Below are positions 26,832 to 39,534 of a stretch of DNA of 64,000 nucleotides, one piece after another (the first letter of the stretch is position 1; each line of letters opens with the position of its first letter). Source of the stretch: Ruditapes philippinarum. Taxonomy: Eukaryota. The position numbers and the translations under genes were made by a program. The stretch lies in the NCBI RefSeq assembly GCF_026571515.1, contig NW_026864560.1:248001-312000 (forward strand). The letters run 5' to 3'. The notes beneath the pieces are model-generated. The model worked only from the letters and a program-made list of their open reading frames with translations, had not been told where the DNA came from and did no database searches.

Positions 26832-27927
26832 CATCCGTGAAAATGAACTTTGTTATGATAGTGAATTACACAAATGTTATTGTCATAGCTATTTTTACAA
26901 AGTATAAGTTTTTAATGTGTTCATTCCAGTTACATTATAAAGTGATATATTATGTTAGTGAATGATCTTTTAAAGAAAATAGATAGTACATATTGCAGGC
27001 CTTTTTTGGTCATTTGGTATTGCCATCAACACCAGTGGAATTAGGAAAATTGCATTGTAAAAAGCACAAATTAAGAGTTAATGGTAGCTATGGAACACAT
27101 AATAAATAAAAGGAAAGTTTACATTAATAGAACATGTACATAATATGGTTCTGGCAATCTTTGTATTACAAAGTAAACAAAAATTAAGTGTCAAACAATA
27201 TGAAATATGATTAAAGAAAATTAATAAGAGAATGTAGAAAAACTGCAAAAATAGATATTATAATAATTTCAATAATTTGTTTCCTTTTGTTTCATTATTG
27301 TTGTAATGTACTTGGTAGTGATATGTAATATAATGCTTTAAAACAAATCCAGTAGATATAAACTTTTTGAAAGAAATTACTTTGTTAATTTTTTAGAAAT
27401 GCAGAAATTCAGTTATCAACACTATACAGTCTGATTCAAGTGTACAAACATGTAGACTTGGTGCCATAGTCATGTTAGCATGAAGCATTTAAAAGGCTAA
27501 GATACTTTCTAAAAATAATTTCTCACTTTGTTCAGTCACACTGATTTAATTTACCATAGAGTATATGTGAGTGAAAATTGATAGATTGAACAGCAATGTC
27601 AGTGAATGTATGCTGGAGCACAAAAGTTAAGAACAAAGTTGTTTGAATATTTCTCTTTATCCAACAGTGTCATGGATAAGTTACTCAATGTACTATATTT
27701 CTGGTGATTTATGTAATTTTCTGAAACATGTAAAACCTATTAAATTCTTCCAAAGCATGATTAAGTTTGTTATCTTAAAAATAAGGGACCAATTATGATT
27801 TAATTTTTTCCACTATTCAATGCATGAAATAATTTTACTTATACATATTATATTGTTTTGATTATTATATATTATATCTATAAAATGTATTATACAATAA
27901 ATATGTTACAGGTTGACAATAAAATGA

Positions 27928-28312
27928 ATGATATCAACAGAATATGATATCAACTGAATATGATATCAACTGAATATGATATCAATCGAATATGATATCA
28001 ACTAAATATGATATCAATCGAATATGATATCAACTGAATATGATATCAATCAAATATGATATCAGTAGAAGATGATAAAAATTAAAAATTGAATATGATA
28101 TCAACTGAATATGGTATCAACTGAATATGATATCAACTGAATATCTTATCAATCAAATATGATAAAACTGAATATGATATCAATAGATTATGATAAAACT
28201 AGATATGATATCAACTGAATATGATATCAATCAAATATGATAAACTGAATATGATCAAAAGTTGATATGGTATCCATTAAATGTTATATCCATTGACTAT
28301 GATATCTAATGA
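27928..28312. repeat. 16-bp minisatellite (TGATATCAACTGAATA)n, about 22 copies
   Basis: Directly visible tandem units downstream of the SLC35C2 stop codon. Confidence 0.95.
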
Positions 28313-28733
28313 ACTTTTGTTATAATATTGCCTAGAACCTATGGGTGAAAGATATAATGTTAAAAGCATCTATTTCTTAATTTCTTATAATATATGAAAT
28401 TTACTTTTGTAGAAATTTGCTACATTACTCTTTTTTTGAAAAAAAAAATGTGTATATTGTTCAACCTATTTTTTTAACATTTGCCAATAAAATGTATCAA
28501 TAAATGTTTTGTTATTTTTAATGTATAAGTAATAATTGTTTTATTTCTGATTACACTTTAGTATTTCTATTGACAGAGAAATTTTTCAAAATGCTTTTAA
28601 ATTTTACAGAAAACAAACATGTAGTTTGTTTCAGTTGAATCTTGACACATGATTTAGAGGTCATAATCATAAGTCTCATATCTGTAGCTGAATTATTCCT
28701 GCTATGAACATAGGAAATTCATGTATTATCAGA

Positions 28734-29655
28734 TTTTTTTCTAGGTGAGCTATTGTGCCGGTTTTGTCCGTAATCTGTCGTCAACTTTTGTTTAAAATAA
28801 CATCTTCTCCTTAACCATTAGACCAACTCTTAAAACTAGACAGGATTGTTCCTGGCATAAAGCTTTTTAAAAATTGTTAAACTATTACATTCTACCCTGG
28901 AGGTCATTGGTTTTCCTTATATGTATATAGTAAAAACTTAAAAAATATTCTCACTGAAAAAAATGGTATTTTGCATGAAACATTGTCTAGTGAACATAAA
29001 CCAAATTGTTCGAATTATAGCCCTTGGTCAAAATTGGCACCATCTGGGTGGGTCACAGGTTTTCCTTATAAGTATATTGTTAAAACATTACATCTCTTAT
29101 CCTGAAACTTTTTTTTACATAAAATGCACTAATGTTTGTTATTCATGGATGGATTTTAAAGTTACATTGAATAAGTCTGTTGTACATGATAACTACATAT
29201 AACTTGTAATAATCAGAACTCAAGGTTAAAAGTCAAGGTCAAACTAATTATGATTATTTTTTTCTAATTACATTGATGGTCATGTCCGATCAACTATTCA
29301 ATTTTTCGAGATGGATTTCAAAATTAACTTGGCATATTAAAATGTGTTTGAAACGATGATGTGTGTCGCACAAAGGAATCGGGTCTCCAATTCAAAGGTC
29401 ACACAGTTATGTCAAACCTGTGAATTGATGGTTGTCTTTTGTGCATTATTTTGATCCAGTGACCTTTTGTATTTAGAGCTTCAGCTATAAAATTTGGACT
29501 ATATTTACTGCTTAAATGCAGAATTGAACTATGACATAAGTTGACCTTGATTTTGAGCCAATGACCTATTTTTGTAAAAAGGTACAGCTATGAAATGGAC
29601 AATATGACCTACCTTTTGACCCAGTAACATACTGTTTGGCTCAGGTGAGCATTAT
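28734..29655 (+). mobile_element. Degenerate Helentron-associated (HINE/DINE-like) non-autonomous element
   Basis: Starts with a T-run plus aggtgagctattgt...gtccgt...gtcgtcaac and ends with tcaggtgagc. Internal blocks (catcttctcc, ggattgttcctggcat, ccaaattgttcgaattatagccct, aaggtcaa) are shared with the copy at 33449-33970. Confidence 0.55.
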
Positions 29656-29744
29656 ATCGTGTGAGTGATAAATTGTTAAATTATTCTGTTTCATTACTCT
29701 ACTTAAAAGATAATTGTATAATATGTTTTGATCATATTAATCAT

Positions 29745-29843
29745 ATAATATCATATTCAGTTGATACCATATTCAGTTGATATCATATTTAGTTTTATCA
29801 TATTCTACTGATATCATATTTGATTGATATCATATTCAGTTGA
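29745..29843. repeat. Inverted copy (about 6 units) of the 16-bp minisatellite
   Basis: (TATTCAGTTGATATCA)n is the reverse complement of the 27928-28312 unit. Confidence 0.9.
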
Positions 29844-31371
29844 ATCTTTGTTGGTGAAAAATGTGAACCTTTACTTTCTGATATACATTTGTATTTTCTG
29901 TGTAAAGTTAACAATGAATTTTTAAATGACTGTGAGGAGAAAAAAAATGTAAGTGTATTTTTTGCATGGGTATACAATACTCCTGACTTAAAGTGAGAAA
30001 ATACAAAAGCATATTGTCATGTTATATTATAGGTAGACTAGAGCTGGGATAAGGGCTGGCTATGTTTTCAGCATGAAATTGTAGATTGAAAATATTTAAA
30101 AAAAAAAAAGGATTGTATTTGCTTTGTATTTTGATGGTCATTTTGTAACAGAATATTGTAATACATGTAATTTTGTATGACTATATTAAATGTCCAATCT
30201 TTTTGAGCTGGTTATATTCAAAGAATCGTTGGATTATCGATTTACTTAAGTTTAATCTGTAGGATAACAATTTTGTTAAGGTTGTGTGTTTAAGTTTCAT
30301 TATTCAGTAATTTCTGATGATCTTTTTTTTAACTATGTATAATACAATGTATTCATTATAATTGTAGGTCACTTTTTAAGTTCCATAACTCTAGCATGAA
30401 TTGTAACTGTATTATATCCCTTTGTAACCTCTGAAAGTCTTCATATTAAACTGTAGGACTCAGTTTTGGACGTATGCACATGTAAATAAATTAATCTTTC
30501 CTTAGGAATAGCAAATATGTGTTTTATAATACAGTAAAGATAGATTTAGAACATATGAGATGCTTATCTCATGAAAAATCACATTGACTGTGAAATAACT
30601 TGTGATAAAGGTAGCAAAATGTATAAACAAAGTTGTATTTAGATTTCTATACAAAATACTAATTCACTATAAATGTTCTAATTGCCAAAAACACAGCTCA
30701 GGTATATATGGTCAGTAAGTAACTATTTTGTAACTAACAGAATACCTAGAATAGAAAACTTTTTGAAAAAATAAAATTGATAGCATTTTTAGTAACAAAT
30801 AGTATGTGAGTAATCCAGTATCAGTACCAGTACTGGCAAAATGAGTTCAGTATGTTCTGCTGCACCACTACCAGTACAAGTAATACATCTTGAGGTACCC
30901 TAGATATTTTTCAGGACTACCAATCCTTAATAAATTATTTTATTTTCAATCTTTGATATTTAACAGCCATCCATTTCAACAATATCATACCTTAAATTCT
31001 GTTAGAGAAGAGAGAAGTCTCTTATATGAGACCCTTACACTCTTCACACATATTACCTGTTCTAATTAGTGTTCATAAATAGACTGGAGAAAATGACGTA
31101 TGTAATATATATATGACGTCAGTATCTAAGGAAGGAATAAATGACAACAGTATCTCTGGTAGGGAAAAATGACTTCTATTTAGTATCTCGAGTTATGATA
31201 AATGAAGTTAATTTTATTATTTGAGGGATAAATTTTGTCATTGTAATTGATAAATAATGTTGAACATATGACTCAATGAACAACAGTAATCGTTTCTTTA
31301 TGTTGCATGATTATCTTTGAAAACAGAATGTCCTCATTAATCTAATTAGCTCAATTTAGATTAAAAACATA

Positions 31372-33076
31372 TTTTTATGCCCCCGCCATATAATGGCCGG
31401 GGCATATAGTGTTACCCCCATCCTTCCGTCATTCCGTCATCATCAGTTCATTATCTTAATAACGGTTGCACAAATTCAACTCAAATTTGACATATGGATA
31501 TGGCATGAGAAAATACAAGTCAAGTTCGAATTTGGTCATGGTTCGATGATTTTTGGCAGAGTTATGCCCCTTTTACTTTGAAAATAATATGAAATTTTTA
31601 GTTCCGTTCATTATCTCCCCAACGGTACAACACATGGATATGTCATGAGAAAATACAGGTCAAGTTCGAATTTGGTCATGGTTGGATGATTTTTGGCAGA
31701 GTTACGCCCCTTTTACTTTGAAAATAATAGGAAATTTTCTGTTTCCGTTTATTATCTTCTCAACAGAATTACACATTCAACTTAATATGGATATGTCAAT
31801 GGAATGCGCAGGCCAAGTTCGAATATGGTTATGGTTCAATGATTTTTGGCAGAGTAATGCCCCTTTTACTTTAAAAATAATATGAAATTTGCATTTTATG
31901 TTCATTATCTCCCCAGCAGTGTTACATATTCAACTCAAATTTGACCTATGGATATGTCAAAGGAATGCGCAGGTCAAGTTGGAATTTGGTCATGGTTCGT
32001 TAATTTTTTGGCAAGAGTTATGTCCCTTTCACTTTGAAAATAATAAAAAAAATTCAGTTTCCGTTCATTATCTCCTCTAGGGGCCTCCGTGGCCGAGTAG
32101 TTAAAGTCGCTGACTTGAGATCACAGGTCCCTCACTGCTGTAGGTTCGATCCTCACTCGGGTCGAAATCTTTCATGTGAGAAAGCCATCCAGCTGGCTTA
32201 CGGAAGGTTTGTGGTTCTACCCAGGTGCCCGCTCGTGCCTGAAATAATGCCCAGAGGGGCACCTGGGGTCTTCCTCCACCATTAAAGCTGGAAAAAAATC
32301 AACGAAAAATCTTGGCGACCTTAAATAAACGCATCCTCTAGGGTATTACACATTCATCTCAAATTTGACATATGGATATGTCAAAGAAATGTGCAGGTCA
32401 AGTTTGAATTTTGTCATGGTTTGACGATTTTGGCAGAGTTATGCCCCTTTAACTTTGGAAAATTTCGAAAATGGAAATTTTCAGTTCCCATTCATTATCT
32501 CCCAACAGTTGTACATATTCAACTCAAATTAAAGATATGGATATGTCATAAGAATGCATTGGTCAATTTCGACTTTGGTCATGGTTTGATGATAGCTGAC
32601 AGAGTTATCCCTTTTGAACTTTGAAAAAAAATCAGAAATTTTAAGTTCCCGTTCATTATCTCCCCAATGGTTGTACACATTCAACTCAAATTTAAATATA
32701 GATACATCTTAGGAATAAGCAGTTTAAGTTTGAATTTTGTCGTGGTTCAATGATTTTTGATAAACATATCTTTCCTGAATGTTGGAAAAAATTTGAATTT
32801 TCAATTTCAGCACTCATACTTTTGTGGAAATGTATGTGGCCATTATTTTGGCTACAAATATGCAATATGCGATTTACAAAAGGTTAAGACTGAATAATTT
32901 CAGTGCCCTCAACATTGTATAAAAATGGTTTGTGTTAACATTGAAAAGTTTTAAGGGCTTTGAACTTAAAATGAAAAAAATAATTTGTGCAAACAAATTT
33001 GGAACTATAAATATTATAACATCTGAAATTTTGGCTGCATGCGGGGGCATCCGTGGCATGATGACACATTTCTAGT
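31372..33076 (+). mobile_element. Helentron-associated (HINE / pearl-CvA-like) element with about 8 internal tandem repeats of about 160 bp
   Basis: The 5' end is TTTTTATGCCCCCG...GGGGCATA followed by a (TCCG)-type microsatellite. The core marker CAAGTT[C/G/T]GAA recurs at about 31521, 31661, 31814, 31975, 32399, 32564 and 32725. The 3' end has the subterminal IR GCGGGGGCAT, a small hairpin and TTCTAGT. Confidence 0.85.
32080..32333 (+). mobile_element. tRNA-derived SINE inserted in one repeat unit of the HINE element
   Basis: A box TGGCCGAGTAG, B box GGTTCGATCC, the same body as the 25769 copy, and a TSD TCCTCTA(G) at 32073 and 32334. Confidence 0.9.
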
Positions 33077-33448
33077 ATTAATTCATGATCACTGGTTAAT
33101 TTGCACATAACCCCATGGGTCTTTTGAGAAATTTACTTTATAAAATATTAAGCATTTTTTAAATTTGTATAAAGTCTATTGTTATTATGTAATGATTATA
33201 CAAAAAAAACTGTGTAAAAAAGAAATATTGTTGTTGTTTATTTAATTTTTAAGCTGATCAAACTCGTCACACCGATTTACGTCACCGTCTGTACCGTAGT
33301 GCGATTACATTCCATAACTTACTGGAGTTGACACTTGTTTCAATGCTACCGATGAAGCAGAAACATAGTAACACAGGAAAAGAAAAGTTAATGCCATATT
33401 TCACCGACACCATACAACACTAGTAATAGCAATTTGAGAGTAGTTGAC

Positions 33449-33970
33449 TTTTTAGTTTAGTTCATGGTGAACTATTGCGACCGTACTGTGTCCGTCCAGC
33501 GTCGTCAACTTTTGGTCCTCCTTACCCATCTATTAGTCAAAGTTAAAACTAAGCAGGATTGGTTCTGGCATGAATAGTTTTCAAATGTGTTCAAAGATTA
33601 CAATAACATGCATAACTCTGGTTGCCATGACAACTGAAAGAAAAGAAAAAGACATTTCTCCTCTGAATTCACAAGGGCTAAAGCTTAGATGTTTGGCATA
33701 AAATGTAGATGTATGTGAAGTTTGTTTAAATTATAGCCCTTGATTTAAAACTATCTCCACCCGGACAGTGTTCGTGATATTTCCTTAAATAGTTTAAACT
33801 GAAAATATCTTCTAAAAACGGCATGGACAAGAGGTTAGATATTTGGTATGCAACACTGCCTAGTCGTCTCTACCCAAGTTTGTTTAAGGTTAAAATTGAC
33901 CTGACCCCGGTGATGCTTTTTGAAAGGTCACGAGAAGGTGACCTATTGGTGCCCGTTATATCCTAATGTT
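33449..33970 (+). mobile_element. Degenerate HINE-like element, same family as 28734-29655
   Basis: tttttag...ggtgaactattgcga...gtccgtcc..gtcgtcaactt start and shared internal blocks. Confidence 0.5.
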
Positions 33971-36278
33971 TAGCGTTGGCTGATATTAATCAGATGGATC
34001 TTTGGATAAATAACAAGAAGTATCTATACCATGGTAAATAAGGTTCAACCGTTGGAACCTGTCCAAGGAACATAAGATCAAATTACCCGTAAAATTTCCG
34101 AAAGTCAAGGTGAAAAATAAACAATCCACGACCAAAAAAGTACACAAGCTAGATGAATACATGATTTTGACATTTCATGAGATTCTTTCTCCACATGGTC
34201 AAATTCATGGTTGCCGCGAACTCCTAACATATTCAAGATAGGCTAATGAATTTCAGTATGTAACAACATTTTTTATTTTAGATGTATGCCACGAAGGTTT
34301 GGACTGTTAAAATCTTGCTGCGATGTTCTTGTCTTTGTTTAAGGTCACACTAACATATTGAATTTTACTGTCTTAGCTTTCGCTAAGGATTGGAATTCTA
34401 ATTTTGTTTGTAACACAAACTTGCTATTCTTTAGGTTTAAACAACATCACCAGCAACAAAATACATAAAGTTCTGATCAGACACGTGATTCATCCGAACT
34501 GATGACGATATGCAATACAATTTCAGTGTAATGATCGCATACTTGAACAAACATAAATTAGTTTTGCCCGGATCAAATACGTTCGGCCGCTTTTAAAAGA
34601 CAAAAACATAGTTATTTTTTTAAACGGCTTTTTCGCAAGGTACGGAACTGCTTCTTGTACTCACTCAGCTAAAATACAACAATAGACGGCAAATTTTAAA
34701 TAAGAAATCAATACATATACAGCATCACTGATTGATGAATAATTGCTTGATACAATAAAGGCCCTATAGCTACGCGTTAGTGGAAATAAAAACGATTTAA
34801 AAATTAATTGTTTTTAATGGTATGATATCACAAAATTACCCTGAAGGTAGAATATTTGTTGATCAATCAATTTAGTAGATTAAAGTAGGTCTCAATATAT
34901 TTAAATAATGACGATAATGTACACTTGACCCATTGATTGTACACAGCTGCAAAACCTATATTGGACACCGCTTATTACGCCGAGTTCAATATAGTTTAAC
35001 ATATAAAATCATCGTATCAAATGGCAACGCAATTCAGGTCCTGTTTATGCACACATTATGAAAATTTCACAGATGAGCTTTTTGCAGCAAATCAAAGGAC
35101 TGTATGCACTTAAATAAAATTCGTTTTGTTTGCATTATATTTGCAGCTACATTTAATACTTACAATGTAGCATCATCATTTTAAATTTAATAACTTTTGG
35201 CATGCGGAAGGATACAGGCGCAGGCCGGTTGTTGAAAACTGGTTTCTTTGATGTCAATACAGGAGAACCAAACTACGTTTCTATCTGGAATCAAAATCTC
35301 TACCACTCGACAGCGATGGTCCCGAGAGACAACCAGTCAATTAAAACCTCTAGATATGTATTAAGTGATTGTTTCACATTAGGTTATGAGTTCATTATTG
35401 GATTGAATTTGGAACTGACAGACAGGTGAACCATAATTTTATAAAAGATTTTTGTTTTGAATATAACAAATTTTAGTAAAAAATTGTATTAACACGATTT
35501 AAACATTATTCGCAGCTTTTTTAACTTTACATACTATTGATTTTTTGTTTGTGTTTACTATTAACATTATAATATTTTTTTACAGTTATTATTTTTATTA
35601 TTATTATTTTTAAGTTAATATTATGATTATAATGAAGATGATATTGATGATGAAAAACATTATTATTATTATTATTATTATTATTGTTGCTAATATCATT
35701 GTTTATTTATGATTAAATATCATTTTATATTTATGATTATTATAATGATTGTTATTTTGGTCTGGATTGTGGGAGGTGCGTTCTAGCGTACACTTAGTAC
35801 AATAAAATTTATAAATAGTTTATGGGTATAAGAAATTGTTTGTATAAAAATAAATGAATTATACTTTTCCTCACTTTCCTTGGCAGATGTGTAGGTCGCG
35901 AACGTCGCGGCATCGCGGCCTAAAGGAAGCAATGCCACTGTTATGATTGTTAAAATCATTATTATCTTAATGCATGATGTAATTTATCTACTTATAGATA
36001 TATAATATCAACAACAACAACAATATTAACAACAACAACAGCAACAATAAAAGAAAGAAAAAGAAAGAGGAAAACAAAAATAAAAAAAAAACAAATGCTG
36101 AGAAACCCAAGACTGTCACGCACTCACACACGCTGCTTTGTTAAACTGAGTACTCAAACATCCCCCAAATGGGTACTGATAGTTATCATTCTTCCTTTAA
36201 GAACACTCTGTATTATTTATCCCACTTTGTATGCCCTAAAATGTCTACCTTTTCTTATGCTTATTTTTGATTTTTCAG

Positions 36279-37340
36279 ATGGAAAATCAAACGTCATTTA
36301 CAACATCATTCGATGTCAGCGCGCATGAGAACACGTCCTCTTCTTTAACGTTTGCTACGACAACGGAAACCACCAACTTCACTGATGTTAAAGCTTGTTT
36401 GTATGCCACACACATTTTAGAATCAGCAAGTTTATTTCAAAAATACTTTTCACCATGTATCATTGTGGTCGGACTCCCTGGAAACTTGCTTTCGTTTCTT
36501 GTCTGGATTAGACCACGCATGCTAAATTCATCTGGTGTTTACCTGGTAACATTAGCCATCGATCATTTATCATTTTTAGTTCTGTACATCATTTATGGTC
36601 TGGAAACGGAATGGGGAATAAGAATTTTAAGTTTTCCTGGATTATGTGAAATTTTCCCCGTCCTTTATTACTTCTTTCAGTACATGGACCCGCTTCTTGT
36701 ATCAGCTTTTAGTGTGGAGCGCTACATTTCTATTTATCATCCATTTAAACGGATCAAATACTGCACAAAGAAAAGGGCGATTATCGTCACAATGGGCTTA
36801 GCGTTATTTTCTGCTTTGCTCAGTTCGGTTCAAGGCTACTTCTGGTATTTTGAAGACAATACGTGTAATATCCGAGGTGAGGTTCTAGTCGGAGGTCAAA
36901 GTTCAGTGTGGCAAGTTTGGGCGCTAATAACTGAACTGTTGTCGTTTTTGGTCCTACCTATGTTCATATTGGTTTTAAATATTCGCCTTTTATATTACAT
37001 CAGATATAAACGAGGCAATGATATTGGCCAATCTGAAGTGCACCACGCATCAAAGAAGTCGTCTGCTCATACAACCGTGCTTCTCTACGTCTCATTTTAC
37101 TTTATACTGACAACTTTCCCGGTGTCAGTAATGTACTTGTTGCAGCTATACTTTAACGTGATGAATGACTGCGCTGTTCTGTTATTTTATGTGAGTAAAC
37201 TCATTGTCGAAACTATTGGACACACGCACTATGCATTGAATTTCTACATATATCTCACCACTGGAGCAGTTTTTCGGGAAGAGACAAAGCTTTTGCTTAA
37301 AATAAATAAATTACGTAACCCTGAAGTATATGCACGTTAA
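36279..37340 (+). CDS. Class A (rhodopsin-like) GPCR, FMRFamide/sex-peptide-receptor-like expanded family, paralog 1, 353 aa
   Basis: Seven hydrophobic segments; GLPGN (TM1), SVERY (TM3), TTFP (TM6), ALNFYIY (TM7); N-terminal NxS/T sites. The true start is the ATG directly after the acceptor tttttcag, not the upstream TTG. Confidence 0.93.
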   Translation: MENQTSFTTSFDVSAHENTSSSLTFATTTETTNFTDVKACLYATHILESASLFQKYFSPCIIVVGLPGNLLSFLVWIRPRMLNSSGVYLVTLAIDHLSFLVLYIIYGLETEWGIRILSFPGLCEIFPVLYYFFQYMDPLLVSAFSVERYISIYHPFKRIKYCTKKRAIIVTMGLALFSALLSSVQGYFWYFEDNTCNIRGEVLVGGQSSVWQVWALITELLSFLVLPMFILVLNIRLLYYIRYKRGNDIGQSEVHHASKKSSAHTTVLLYVSFYFILTTFPVSVMYLLQLYFNVMNDCAVLLFYVSKLIVETIGHTHYALNFYIYLTTGAVFREETKLLLKINKLRNPEVYAR

Positions 37341-37825
37341 CAATTAGGTTATTACGTTTTAAACGGCACTCGACGGAAATTATCAGACGTAAACTGATCT
37401 TGAAGTTTATGCACGGTTGTCTCATAGTGACGTCATGACAAATCTGTCGTCAGTCAGTTTACGATACATGCGACACAGAGGAAAACACGGAATCAAAAAT
37501 TGATGCTGGTAAATAGGAATACACGAAGTTGATATCAAACAGCATTAATTATGATAGCATGAATATAAAATATGTCAAAGAATGACATAACTGTATTGCA
37601 ATATCACAGTCTTATCAAAGATGAAATGAAAACAGTGCCATACCTACCCTGAATTGGGCTCCAGCAATATTAAACGTGAAAAAATAGAACATTTTCATAC
37701 ACATTCTTTTCGAAAAACTTCATTTCCTTTTAAAAGAGATTAACATGTTACTTTGACTGTGTATTGTATTTTGATACTGTTTGAAATAGTGTACTGACAT
37801 AATTTGAACGTTATGAATTACAATA

Positions 37826-38580
37826 ATTACAGTATGGGGAAAGGACACATACTCACACATCAATAAAATAAACTCTATTCAAAAAAGAGCTGCAAAAATT
37901 ACACTTAATAGACCGATACGTTCACCAACATTAGATCTTTTTAATAAACTTAAAGGCTGAAATTCAATTTCAGAGTGAAATACCACACAGCAATTATGGT
38001 GTATAAATCTTTAAACAATCTGACACCGTTATATATGAGTGAAATTTTTAGTTTCTCTCACAATGAATAACATAATTTACGCTCAATCGCTCATAAAGAT
38101 CTTGTACTGAAAAGTATACAAATTATTTAAAGAATTCTTTTTCTTATTTCAGTATTGACGTTTGAAATAAATTACCTATTACTATCAAACAATGTTCGAC
38201 TTTACAATCTTTCAAAAACAACTGTTAAATTTATTTTAAATTGATCACTTTATATTGTTTTAAATGTTGATATCATCATTTTCTCTCTCTTTTTTTAATC
38301 ATTACGAGTTTATCTATAATTACTGTAACAATATAATAGTCAGTCGGATGAATGAATAAAAATTATCTAACCTTTACATTTAAAAATATATATATTTTTT
38401 CATTTTTTTAAATTTTTATATATATATATACCGAAAGATTTTAAATATTTGTATAGATCTACATTTTTTTCTTTGTTATTGTTAAATCAAAAGGCCATAC
38501 TGAAAATAAGTATATTTGTTACTGTAAACTTTGTATGTTACCTTCAATAAATAAAGATTTTTTTTTTTATTATTATTATT
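37826..38580 (+). mobile_element. 3' end of a CR1/L2-type LINE (degenerate)
   Basis: Translates in pieces to WGK...IQKRAAKI...RVKYHTAIMVYKSLNNLTPLYMSEIF, typical of the post-RT region of CR1/L2 elements. It ends in AATAAATAAAGA followed by a T-run and an (ATT)n tail. Confidence 0.7.
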
Positions 38581-39534
38581 CAGATTTCTGTGTAACTAGC
38601 GTTTGTAACTTGATAATGTCGTCGTAAGACTGGAGGAAAATCCGTGAAATAAGTTCTGCCACGATCTCATACAAACAACAACAACAAACACACAAACGAA
38701 AAATCAAACAACCAAACACAACCTCAGAAAATGATTGAATCAACCAAAAATAGTATATTAAACTTGCATCGTTTTAATCAGACTGATTTCATACTTTATA
38801 TCTATTTCTACATATATGTTTTTTTTATTGATATTGTGGATGTTAATAAATTGTTGACGTCATATTGATTGTTGATAATTGCCATGTGGAATTTGAATAA
38901 AAAACAACATATTTTCTTTTTGTATATATTCAAGTTTAAACTTTTAAAAATGTATTTGATTTTAAAAAAGATCAATAGAGTCTCCTATAAATAAAATTTT
39001 AATTTTTTAAATTCTGTTTTGCTCTATACTTGATATCATCTCTTATAACATTGAAAAAAGTTTGTTTTATTGTATGAGAACAATTGATCGGAGTCAGCTT
39101 CTGTATGAGCATTCTTTTTATACAATGAAATATTGTACTGAGATCGTTTACATTATTCGCCATTAAAATATAATTATCTTTTATATCCCATTCTTATATA
39201 TCATGCTAAGTTATTGTATAAATCTGTCTTCCTTTGTCGTATTCGAACCTTTACGATGCATCCTTATAAAATGATGATAATTATGATAGTGCACAAAAAA
39301 AGATAGTGGTACAAAAGAATACATTTACATGTATTTCATTAGTATTTCATTTTCTGGTATGTAAGAGAATAATTAGATTTTGACTTAATGTGTATGTCAT
39401 TTGATTTTTAGAGATAAATTTTCTGTCTGACCTAAATGCTGCATATAATCTTATCTGTGACTTTTATCTCCATGTAGGTCAAATTTTGAGTATTTTCACA
39501 AAAATAACATATTTTGGTAAGAAATCATCACAAT

